Shown: positions 54,016-62,017 of the stretch, in pieces | Numbering within the stretch: the stretch's first letter is position 1 | Layout: each line of letters starts with the position of its first letter | DNA from: Candidatus Aenigmatarchaeota archaeon | GTDB lineage: Archaea > Aenigmatarchaeota > Aenigmatarchaeia > GW2011-AR5 | Length of the DNA stretch: 64,000 nt | Direction of reading: 5' to 3' | Assembly: GCA_016187335.1 (NCBI GenBank) | Contig: JACPJW010000001.1 | Coordinates: forward strand, 640,001 to 704,000 | Made by a program: the position numbers and the translations under genes | The notes under the pieces: generated by a model | Database searches by the model: none | Told to the model about the DNA's origin: nothing | Seen by the model: only the letters and a program-made list of their open reading frames with translations

Positions 54016-55751
54016 CGCGGGTCCTGCTTTTTCTTTATTCCCCCGATTTCTTCCAGGACAGCCAGCTCGTTTTCAGGAAGCAGCTGCTCATGCTGTTTCA
54101 GCTTCTTGTATTCCTCGCTGCTGACTTCCGTGTACAAAACGTCGCTTTCATCTATGTGCCTGCCGACTGTCGGGCCGACAATGGAAACGGCAATCTTGTC
54201 GCTTATTTTTGCCTCTTCCACGTTCTGGCCCTGCGACTGTATCTGCTTGACCTCGCCGACAACGCCGCGGCCTTCCTTGAACAGTTTGTAGCCCGGCTTC
54301 ACAAGGCCTCCCAAGACCTCGCATCCCACTATGGCGGGGTTGCTCGCCCTGAATATACAGCCCGGCAATATTTTTATTTTTCCCGCCCTTGTTATGCCCT
54401 CTATTTCTTTTTTCTTTATTTCCGCTTTCTCTTTCTCCACCCACGCTTCGTATTCTTCCTTGAGCCTGTATATGATGTCCGACTCTATGATTTTGATGCC
54501 CCTGTCCTTTGCGTAATTCCGCGCGTCGTCAGAAGTTGAAACGTTGAAGCCGACGACAACCCTGTGAAAAATGTCTGCATTCGCTTCCGCGTCAATGATT
54601 TCGTATTTCGTTACCTGCCCGATCGTGGCTGAGCGTATCTGATAGCTGCTGAACAGGTTTATCAGCGCTTCCAGGCTGCCCACGGTGTCCGCCTTGAGAA
54701 TCAGCCCGCCGTTTTCGCTCCTCAGCTCTATTTCCTCCTTTTCCTTTTCCATTTCATCCAGAAGCTTTTCCGCTTCCTCGAATGTTTTTGCCGTTTTTAC
54801 CGGCGAGCCCGCTATCACCTTGTCAAGTCCCGGCGCGGATATGCGGACGCCCGCGGCAGCATTGACAGAATCGACATTGTGGAATTTTTTCTCCGTCCTT
54901 ATGTCCCTGAGCGGATCGGGCAGCAGCAGGGAGCGTATCTTTGCGATCATCGGGAATTTCCCGCCGACAACAAGAAAATCGTTCCTGCTTGCGGAGCCGC
55001 TGTAGATTATCGCGTCAAGGACCGTCCCCAGGCCGACAACTTCCTTCACTTCTAGGACCATCCCTTCGCTTTTGTCTTCAGCAGTTAATTGCTCCTTCAG
55101 GAACTGCTGTGAAAGCCCTATAAGCACAACCAAAAGCTCTGCGATGCCTTCGCCTGTCTTTGCGCTGAGCGGCACCGCTGCAACGGTGCTGCGAAAATCC
55201 GTCACGCGATCGAACCTGTCCGCGGAGAACCCGTGATTGGAAAGCTGCATTATGATTTTGTAAAAACTTTCTTCAAAGAGCTGTTTCACAAAGTCCGTCT
55301 GCTGCGGGTAGTTGTCAAGAAAGCATTGCTCATGCGCAGTCCATCCCTGAAGCCTGTCTATCTTGTTGACGGCGACGACAAAAGGCGTTTTTGTTTCCTT
55401 CAGGATGTCAATGCTTTCTTCCGTCTGGGGCATGATGCCCTCGACAATGTCTACGACAAGAACAGCTATGTCAGCTATCGTTCCGCCCCTTTTTCGCAAT
55501 GTGGTGAAAGCCTCGTGGCCCGGCGTGTCAATGAACAGCAAGCCGGGAACGTTTACGTCGAAGCGGAACTTTTCAAGAAGCGAGCCGCATATGTTTTTTA
55601 TGGAATCAGTAGGTATTTCCGTGGTGCCTATTGCCTGCGTTATGCCCCCGGCCTCCTTTGATGCTATCGCCGTCTGCCTTACTTTGTCTAACAAGCTTGT
55701 CTTTCCGTGGTCTACGTGACCCAGAACAGCAACGATGGGCTGGCGCAGCAT
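54000..55751 (-). CDS. infB: Translation initiation factor aIF5B (IF-2)
   Basis: LRQPIV, GHVDHGKT, EAGGITQ, DTPGHEAF, KADTVGSLEAL. Confidence 0.96.
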   Translation of the reverse strand: MLRQPIVAVLGHVDHGKTSLLDKVRQTAIASKEAGGITQAIGTTEIPTDSIKNICGSLLEKFRFDVNVPGLLFIDTPGHEAFTTLRKRGGTIADIAVLVVDIVEGIMPQTEESIDILKETKTPFVVAVNKIDRLQGWTAHEQCFLDNYPQQTDFVKQLFEESFYKIIMQLSNHGFSADRFDRVTDFRSTVAAVPLSAKTGEGIAELLVVLIGLSQQFLKEQLTAEDKSEGMVLEVKEVVGLGTVLDAIIYSGSASRNDFLVVGGKFPMIAKIRSLLLPDPLRDIRTEKKFHNVDSVNAAAGVRISAPGLDKVIAGSPVKTAKTFEEAEKLLDEMEKEKEEIELRSENGGLILKADTVGSLEALINLFSSYQIRSATIGQVTKYEIIDAEANADIFHRVVVGFNVSTSDDARNYAKDRGIKIIESDIIYRLKEEYEAWVEKEKAEIKKKEIEGITRAGKIKILPGCIFRASNPAIVGCEVLGGLVKPGYKLFKEGRGVVGEVKQIQSQGQNVEEAKISDKIAVSIVGPTVGRHIDESDVLYTEVSSEEYKKLKQHEQLLPENELAVLEEIGGIKKKQDPRWGLF

Positions 55752-55817
55752 GATTATCAACCCTGAATCGGAAATGCAGTCCTTCCAATATGCAGGACGG
55801 ACTTTTCCTTTCCATTT

Positions 55818-56609
55818 TTGTCAAATTCATATCCTGCTTTTTCATTAGCGTTCAAGCTTAAAAAAGATAAGAAAAGAATTTATTTCGTGGCAAGCGTTTA
55901 CAGGGTAGAGGCAGAAATAGATAAAAATATCAAGACAAAGGAAGACATGATAAAATTTTTTAAGAAAATACTTCAATTAAAGGAATTTGTTGAAGAATCT
56001 AATTTTGAATGTTTCGAAGATGATGATACCATTTCTGTTGATGGTAGTATAGTATTAAGTAAGAACAAATTCGGCTCTCTATATAAATCGGCTTCTGAGA
56101 TTAAATGGGGTCATAATGCTGAATTTTATCAAGATTCGGCAAAAAAATACAGAATGAATTTTTCTGTAACTAAATGGAAAGAGTGGGGAGTAATCAGAAT
56201 AGTTTTGGAGGATATATCGTCTGAATTTTATCACAAACACTCGTTCAGAACAGTATTCTTTGGGAAAATGATTATCGGATGGTACTCGAACAGAGAGAAA
56301 AGATTTTTATTTAAAATTCCATATTATTATTTAGTTCTTAATTTACCGCAGCCGAGTTTTTTGAAAAATACGAAAGAAATAAGATTGCCTTTCATATCGA
56401 TAAATTTTGATATTTTTGACAGAATAAACAAATATGTAGAAGAAAATAATAGAGTATTCGTAGAGTTTATTAAAAAATTTGTAGAACTCTACAATGTGGA
56501 TACATGTGTAGGAAAAGACTACAGCACCGTATCTATGGAGGGTGCTATAATTTTTGATTACTCCAAAAAGAACGGGTTCGTAGTTCACGATCATACGCTA
56601 CTATTTTAA
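55818..56609 (+). CDS. AT-rich hypothetical protein inserted opposite the translation cluster
   Basis: 263-aa ORF with distinct base composition. Confidence 0.6.
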   Translation: MSNSYPAFSLAFKLKKDKKRIYFVASVYRVEAEIDKNIKTKEDMIKFFKKILQLKEFVEESNFECFEDDDTISVDGSIVLSKNKFGSLYKSASEIKWGHNAEFYQDSAKKYRMNFSVTKWKEWGVIRIVLEDISSEFYHKHSFRTVFFGKMIIGWYSNREKRFLFKIPYYYLVLNLPQPSFLKNTKEIRLPFISINFDIFDRINKYVEENNRVFVEFIKKFVELYNVDTCVGKDYSTVSMEGAIIFDYSKKNGFVVHDHTLLF

Positions 56610-56659
56610 ATTAGAATTATACTTCATACATAAAAATGAACAGTAACGGATTCGATTCC

Positions 56660-57175
56660 TCAAACGGAAACTTCCCCGATTTCCCAGGGGAATACTATCC
56701 AGTCTTCAGCTTCTAACGCATAGTAGTCCGGAACGAATGCTGAATGCGGCTTCATCAGCAGTGACGCGGTTTTTATGCTCCATTCGCCGTGGCCGAGCAG
56801 GTCCGGCAGGGCTTTCAGCACTTCCCTGAACGTCGTTCCCGTGTCTGCGATGTCATCGACAAGGAGAATGTTGAGGTCCGTGTGCCTCGGGACAAAGCCC
56901 GACAGCACCTTCTCCACGAGGCATTCCTTCCTTTTGTTGCCGTTTTTCTCGTAATAGTGTGCAGAAATAACGCCCATCACCTTCACGCCGAGCATTTCCT
57001 TAAGCAGCTTTCCCGGCACGAGCCCGCCGCTCGCTATGGAAATTACAACGTCGGGCCTGAAATCCTTCTTTATCGTTCTCGCCAGGTTCTCGGACATTTC
57101 GTGGACTTCATTCCATGAAACCATCCGCTCTCCAATCTTAGACGGCGCAACTGCCCTGAGGATTTCTTCATTCAT
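56660..57175 (-). CDS. Type I phosphoribosyltransferase (purine-salvage-like)
   Basis: ILLVDDIADTGTT PRPP loop, PDYY, WIVFPWE. Confidence 0.88.
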   Translation of the reverse strand: MNEEILRAVAPSKIGERMVSWNEVHEMSENLARTIKKDFRPDVVISIASGGLVPGKLLKEMLGVKVMGVISAHYYEKNGNKRKECLVEKVLSGFVPRHTDLNILLVDDIADTGTTFREVLKALPDLLGHGEWSIKTASLLMKPHSAFVPDYYALEAEDWIVFPWEIGEVSV

Positions 57176-57488
57176 TTTTCACACCAGATTCTTATGCAGG
57201 CAGCAGAAAGTTTGTAATACTTCTTCATATATGCTCCCTTCTTTAAATATCTTATCATACTTTTTCATACGAAAAATTTTCAAGTAACAATGGAAAGGTA
57301 GTTACACTAAAACCAAAAAACAGCGGCATACTTTACTTTCACCGAACTTTAATCTTTAATAATTGTCTGTACTAATAATTCTTGAGTGAATATTATGAAA
57401 AAAGGCGGAAATAGAAAGATTCCCAGACCAAAGCCGTTTGGCGGCATGAATCCGACAGAATTCTTTAGGAAAATAAGGGATGAAAAGT

Positions 57489-58478
57489 CTAGGAAGCGAA
57501 CGTGGTAAATGCTTCCTTGCTGTCTATTATTCTGGGCATCTTGAAATTATTCTCATGATTAATATTTTCTAATATTTTTTTTGTTTCTGAATTATTCATA
57601 GTTCTTCTGTTATTAGTAACAATATAATCAAGCCGATTTACGACAGCAGCTGCAATTATTTCGCAGTCTTCAATAGTGATTTTTATTTTTGCATTTATAC
57701 ATGCCTTGAAATAAGATTCTGCAAGAATTTTGACATTTTGATTTATCTCCAAGGCATTGTTTATGGCAGAATTGTAAAGCTTCAAAGTTTCCATCCTTGT
57801 AGGTTTGTGGGGGTTCTTTTCAAGCTCTTTCTTAATTGTACCAAATCCTAAAATTAACAGACGCCCATCATTTTTTTCATTTATAAGTTTTGATACCAAA
57901 TCCCCGACAGATTTGTCTTCTACCGCCCATCCATAAATATTAGTATCAAAAAGAATTTTTGTTGGTATAATTTCAGAAAACCACAGTTTTATTTCCGTTT
58001 CGGCTTCCTCTTTGTTGCCCGATGCGTGTATCAGATTGTACACAGGCCTTCTTTCCTTGTTCGCCTGCAGGATGTTGTCATTGCCTAAATCGCCGCGTAT
58101 CGTGCCCTTTTCAGCTGCCGAAGGATCCGTGTAGCCCGTGATTTCCCTTGCCTTCTTTATTGCGTTCTCGCCTTCCAGAATCATGGCAACAACGGGCCCT
58201 GAAGTCATGTATTTGCGCATGCCCGTTACGATAAACATGCCGTAGCCGTGGGGGTCCTTGCTTGCGAAAGGATCCCCGGCTTTCTTTCCTTTTTCAGCCA
58301 GCGAGAGCAGGTATTCTTCTTTTTCCGGGTAATGTTTTTTTATCAGCGATTCAGAAACGCCCAGCATCTTCATTGCGGCAATGCGCAGCCCGCCTTTTTC
58401 ATACCTGCTGATTATTTCGCCTATAAGATTCCTTTCAACGCCGTCCGGCTTTATCACGATGAGGGTTTGCTCTTTCAT
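57489..58478 (-). CDS. ndk: Nucleoside diphosphate kinase fused to a C-terminal PIN domain
   Basis: IKPDG, SGPVVAM, GTIRGD, LIHAS, EIKLWF; then ILFDTN...KKEL...EDCEIIAAA...YIVTNN. Confidence 0.85.
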   Translation of the reverse strand: MKEQTLIVIKPDGVERNLIGEIISRYEKGGLRIAAMKMLGVSESLIKKHYPEKEEYLLSLAEKGKKAGDPFASKDPHGYGMFIVTGMRKYMTSGPVVAMILEGENAIKKAREITGYTDPSAAEKGTIRGDLGNDNILQANKERRPVYNLIHASGNKEEAETEIKLWFSEIIPTKILFDTNIYGWAVEDKSVGDLVSKLINEKNDGRLLILGFGTIKKELEKNPHKPTRMETLKLYNSAINNALEINQNVKILAESYFKACINAKIKITIEDCEIIAAAVVNRLDYIVTNNRRTMNNSETKKILENINHENNFKMPRIIDSKEAFTTFAS

Positions 58479-58491
58479 GATTAAAAACTCC

Positions 58492-58881
58492 TTACCATTT
58501 TTCTGTTTTTAGTTCTTTAATTTTTGAAAAATGCTTTGTGTTTCTCGTCACAAGGCTGCAGCCGTTTGATATTGCTATGGATGCTATGAAAATATCCCTC
58601 AAATCAAGCTGGGTGCCTTTTTGGGAAAGTTCCTTATGGATGTCACTAGCCTTTTCGGATGCTTTTTCATCAAACGGAAGCATTAACAATTTTGCCAGTA
58701 TCTTTCTGGATTCTTCCAGATTCGCCTCTTTTTTTGATTTTTTTGCCCCGAAGAGTATTTCATACGCATTAATCGAGGTTGTAAATGCCTTGCCTTCTTC
58801 ATCAATTGATTTGGATTTTTCCAAGGCTTGTTCGTTCCCTCTTAAAATTGCCACGAGAAAATCAGAGTCAAGGCATTTCAT
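58492..58881 (-). CDS. vapC: VapC-family PIN toxin
   Basis: CLDSDFL, INAYEI, LRDIFIASIA, LVTRNTKHF. Confidence 0.9.
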   Translation of the reverse strand: MKCLDSDFLVAILRGNEQALEKSKSIDEEGKAFTTSINAYEILFGAKKSKKEANLEESRKILAKLLMLPFDEKASEKASDIHKELSQKGTQLDLRDIFIASIAISNGCSLVTRNTKHFSKIKELKTEKW

Positions 58882-59099
58882 TTTTTACCAAACCCTTTCC
58901 ATGCCCTTTTCAGTTCCTTGTCTATTTTTTTCCATTCGCTTTCAGTCATATCCCACTTGCCGAAAGAATCGGCTAACCTCCCCCTTCTGGCGGTAAGTTT
59001 CAGAATGGTCTTGCTGAAGCTCTCTCCCTTTCTCTTCTCCCTTGCCAAGGCCTCGTAAGCCTCGTCAAGAATTGTTATTGTCTTGGTCCCCATATCCAT
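58878..59099 (-). CDS. vapB: VapB-family antitoxin (DUF217-like)
   Basis: TKTITILDEAYEAL...ESFSKTI; ATGA overlap with vapC. Confidence 0.85.
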   Translation of the reverse strand: MDMGTKTITILDEAYEALAREKRKGESFSKTILKLTARRGRLADSFGKWDMTESEWKKIDKELKRAWKGFGKK

Positions 59100-59140
59100 T
59101 TATGTGTATGTGTATGTTTAAATATTTATCTCAGAAATAA

Positions 59141-59467
59141 TCAGTCCGTCAGTTCAATCTCAATGTTCACGTCGCGCGGTATCCTTATCCTCGTTATCTG
59201 CCGCAGCACGCGGTCGTTGGCGCCGACGTCGAGGACCCTTTTGTGGATTCGCATTTCCCATGTTTCCCAGTTGCCCCCGCCGCCTCCGCGGTGCATGCCG
59301 TCTCCGCACGGGGTGCGCATGACAGGCACGCGCAGCTTTTTGGTCGGCAGCGGTATCGGCCCGCTGACAGCAGTTCCCAGCTTCTCGGCTATGTCCTTGA
59401 TTTCCTTGGACAAATCGTCAAGCTGCTTCGGGTCCTTCCCTGTCAGTTTTATCCGCGCCGTGTTCAT
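59141..59467 (-). CDS. rps10: 30S ribosomal protein uS10
   Basis: ARIKL, GPIPLPTK, WEMRIHKR, IEI. Confidence 0.95.
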   Translation of the reverse strand: MNTARIKLTGKDPKQLDDLSKEIKDIAEKLGTAVSGPIPLPTKKLRVPVMRTPCGDGMHRGGGGGNWETWEMRIHKRVLDVGANDRVLRQITRIRIPRDVNIEIELTD

Positions 59468-59518
59468 AATAACCAAAACATACATCAGAAGATAAATATT
59501 AAAGCATTTTCGGATTCG

Positions 59519-59911
59519 CTAGCCGAGGAACTCCGACGTCAGGATAAACAGAACAGAAGAATCATTGTACAGCATATATTTGTCCGCCGCTGCATCGCCG
59601 AATTTTTCATTAACGTAATAAAACCAGTAGTGCGTTGAGTTCTGCTCAAAGCCGTTGATTGATGTTACAAGCTTCCCTAGACCGGCGAATTCTTTGTATT
59701 CGACGGCAAAGGAGCTGTTCAGCGCGTCAAACACCGTGGAGCCGTTGTTAATCGTTGCTATCCCTGTTGCGTTTGACGAGCCGGAATTCACCGTAAGATT
59801 TATTTTTATTCTTTCCGAACTTTCTTCTCTTGTAGAAGAAAGGAACGAACTTATCAGCAGGCTCGCTACCGCTACCAGCAGCAGGCCTGAGGCCAAGAAT
59901 TTCTTTTTCAA
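59519..59911 (-). CDS. DUF4430 (transcobalamin C-terminal-like) anchored protein
   Basis: TM; GSTVFDAL, GKLVTSING, YWFYYVN...AADKY; SD GGAGGTG before TTG 59911. Confidence 0.75.
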   Translation of the reverse strand: MKKKFLASGLLLVAVASLLISSFLSSTREESSERIKINLTVNSGSSNATGIATINNGSTVFDALNSSFAVEYKEFAGLGKLVTSINGFEQNSTHYWFYYVNEKFGDAAADKYMLYNDSSVLFILTSEFLG

Positions 59912-60500
59912 CCAAGACACCTCCTTTCGCTTTCTTTATCTGTTCGCCGAATTCGTAGAAAGCAATCACGAACCCGACGCTGCTTATAATGTGAACCAGC
60001 GAAAAAGGCAGGCTTGTCAGCATGTAAAGGGCTGTGAAAGCAATGCTGAAGGACATCAGAAATCCTAAGCTTGCTGTCACTATGATTTCATATGCAGCAA
60101 TGCCGAGAAAAGTCGCGATAACAGCGCTGGTCCTTGATCTTGAAAAGAAGCCGAAAATGCCGCCGACGAATCCTGCTGCGCCAGCGCCTGCTGCCTGGAA
60201 CAAAGTCCACGGACCCTGCCCTCCCCATACCAGAAAATTTGACGCGTAAAAACCCGAAGCGCCTGAAACAGCTCCGGCAACAGGGCCGAAAAAGAATCCG
60301 ACAAGGATTGCAAGCGGAGTAAGCGGCTCGACGCTGGGTATGAACTGGAACGCTGCGCGGCCGAGGACACCTATGCCTGTAAGTATTGTGATAAGAAGTG
60401 CTATCCTGATGGTCGAGTATTGAAATTTTTGGAGTGTTAAAAGAACTTGTATTTGTTTTGGCTTTTTAATCGTTTTATAAAGCTGCCTTGTTTTCGGCAT
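59748..60500 (-). CDS. ECF transporter S component (CbrT-like)
   Basis: GRAAFQFIPSVEP, FGPVAG, SNFLVWGGQGPWTLFQ; C-terminal tail overlaps the DUF4430 gene. Confidence 0.78.
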   Translation of the reverse strand: MPKTRQLYKTIKKPKQIQVLLTLQKFQYSTIRIALLITILTGIGVLGRAAFQFIPSVEPLTPLAILVGFFFGPVAGAVSGASGFYASNFLVWGGQGPWTLFQAAGAGAAGFVGGIFGFFSRSRTSAVIATFLGIAAYEIIVTASLGFLMSFSIAFTALYMLTSLPFSLVHIISSVGFVIAFYEFGEQIKKAKGGVLVEKEILGLRPAAGSGSEPADKFVPFFYKRRKFGKNKNKSYGEFRLVKRNRDSND

Positions 60501-60583
60501 CTGGTTATCTAACTAAACCAAATTTTAAAGCTATTGCTAAGACCCGAAATATATTTTGATAAAAGGAAAAGAAGAAAAGTCCA

Positions 60584-61849
60584 TTAATGCACAACGTCAA
60601 TGCAAATTCCAGCTGCAACCGTCTGCCCCATGTCGCGGATTGCAAAGCGCGCCATCTGGGGAATGTCTGACTGTTTTTCAATGATCAGCGGCTTTGAAGG
60701 CTTTATCTTCACCACGGCCGCGTCGCCTGTTTTTATGTAGTCAGGGTTTTCCTGCGCTACAGCGCCTGTTTTCGGGTCGAGCTTCTTTGTTATTTCCGTG
60801 ATCGTGCACGCAACCTGCGCCGTGTGCACGTGGAACACCGGAGTATATCCTTTGCTGATGACAGAAGGATGATTCAGAACGATTATCTGCGCCGTGAATT
60901 CCTTGACAGGCTTTGCTGCATTGTTCGGGTGGCACACAACGTCGCCCCTCTTGATGTCCGTTTTCGACGCGCCGCGTATGTTGAAGCCGATGTTGTCGCC
61001 CGGGAGGGCTTCCTGGACCTGCTCGTGGTGCATCTCTATTGATTTCACTTCCGCTGATGTCCCGGAAGGAACGAAAACTATCTTGTCGTTTATCTTGATG
61101 ACGCCTGTTTCAACCCTGCCGACAGGCACGGTTCCTACTCCTGTTATTGAATAAACGTCCTGCACAGGCAGCCTTAGCGGCTTGTCCGTTGGCTGTGCCG
61201 GCGGGCTGAATTTGTCCAAAGCTTCAATAAGTGTCGGCCCCTTGTACCACGCCGTCTTTTCGCTTTTCTTCGCAACATTGTCGCCTATATAGCCTGAAGT
61301 CGGCACGAAAACTATTTCATCCGTCTTGAATCCTATGCCCTTCAGCAGCTTGATGACGTTTTCCTTTGTTTCGCTGAATTTATTCTCTTCGTAATTCACG
61401 GCGTCCATCTTGTTTATGGCAACAACAACCTGGTTCACGCCCAGCACCTTCGCAAGATAAGCGTGCTCCTTCGTCTGCTCCTGCACGCCCTCCTTCGCGG
61501 AGCATACTAATATAGCGCCGTCGGCCTGTGACGTGCCTGTAATCATGTTCTTTACAAAATCGCGGTGCCCCGGAGCGTCTATGATTGTGAAGTAATATTT
61601 TGGCGTGTCAAATCTCTGGTGCATGATGTCTATGGTCACGCCTCGCTCCCTTTCTTCCTTCAGCCTGTCCATGATGAACGCGAACTCGAACGTTTCCTTT
61701 TTCAGCTCCTTGGCGAGGTCTTTCAGCTTGCGCAATGCATCGTCCCTGATTGCTCCTGTATCGTAAAGCAGTCTGCCTACTAGTGTTGACTTCCCGTGGT
61801 CTACGTGACCTATAGTTACCAGGTTTATGTGCGGTTTCTTTTCAGCCAT
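60584..61849 (-). CDS. tuf: Elongation factor 1-alpha
   Basis: [42 protein letters not shown]. Confidence 0.97.
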   Translation of the reverse strand: MAEKKPHINLVTIGHVDHGKSTLVGRLLYDTGAIRDDALRKLKDLAKELKKETFEFAFIMDRLKEERERGVTIDIMHQRFDTPKYYFTIIDAPGHRDFVKNMITGTSQADGAILVCSAKEGVQEQTKEHAYLAKVLGVNQVVVAINKMDAVNYEENKFSETKENVIKLLKGIGFKTDEIVFVPTSGYIGDNVAKKSEKTAWYKGPTLIEALDKFSPPAQPTDKPLRLPVQDVYSITGVGTVPVGRVETGVIKINDKIVFVPSGTSAEVKSIEMHHEQVQEALPGDNIGFNIRGASKTDIKRGDVVCHPNNAAKPVKEFTAQIIVLNHPSVISKGYTPVFHVHTAQVACTITEITKKLDPKTGAVAQENPDYIKTGDAAVVKIKPSKPLIIEKQSDIPQMARFAIRDMGQTVAAGICIDVVH

Positions 61850-62017
61850 TTCATGACCTCCGATTGAAACATTAACTGTGGTGAAATCTTTTTATTGCTT
61901 TTGTCACAGCCAAAGAATACTATTCCAAACGTTTTTAAAGCTTATATTTTTAATATTGATTCAGAATACTAAAATTCAGAATTACGTGTCCGAAAGATTC
62001 GGCAAAGCGAGATAAAA

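Noticed and set aside
57395-57508. 37-aa + strand ORF resembling an antitoxin C-terminus
   Set aside because: Opposite strand to the PIN, no clear SD, weak similarity
60501-60583. Possible cobalamin riboswitch upstream of ECF-S (also checked the nrdJ leader)
   Set aside because: Interval too short and no B12-box or conserved core motifs
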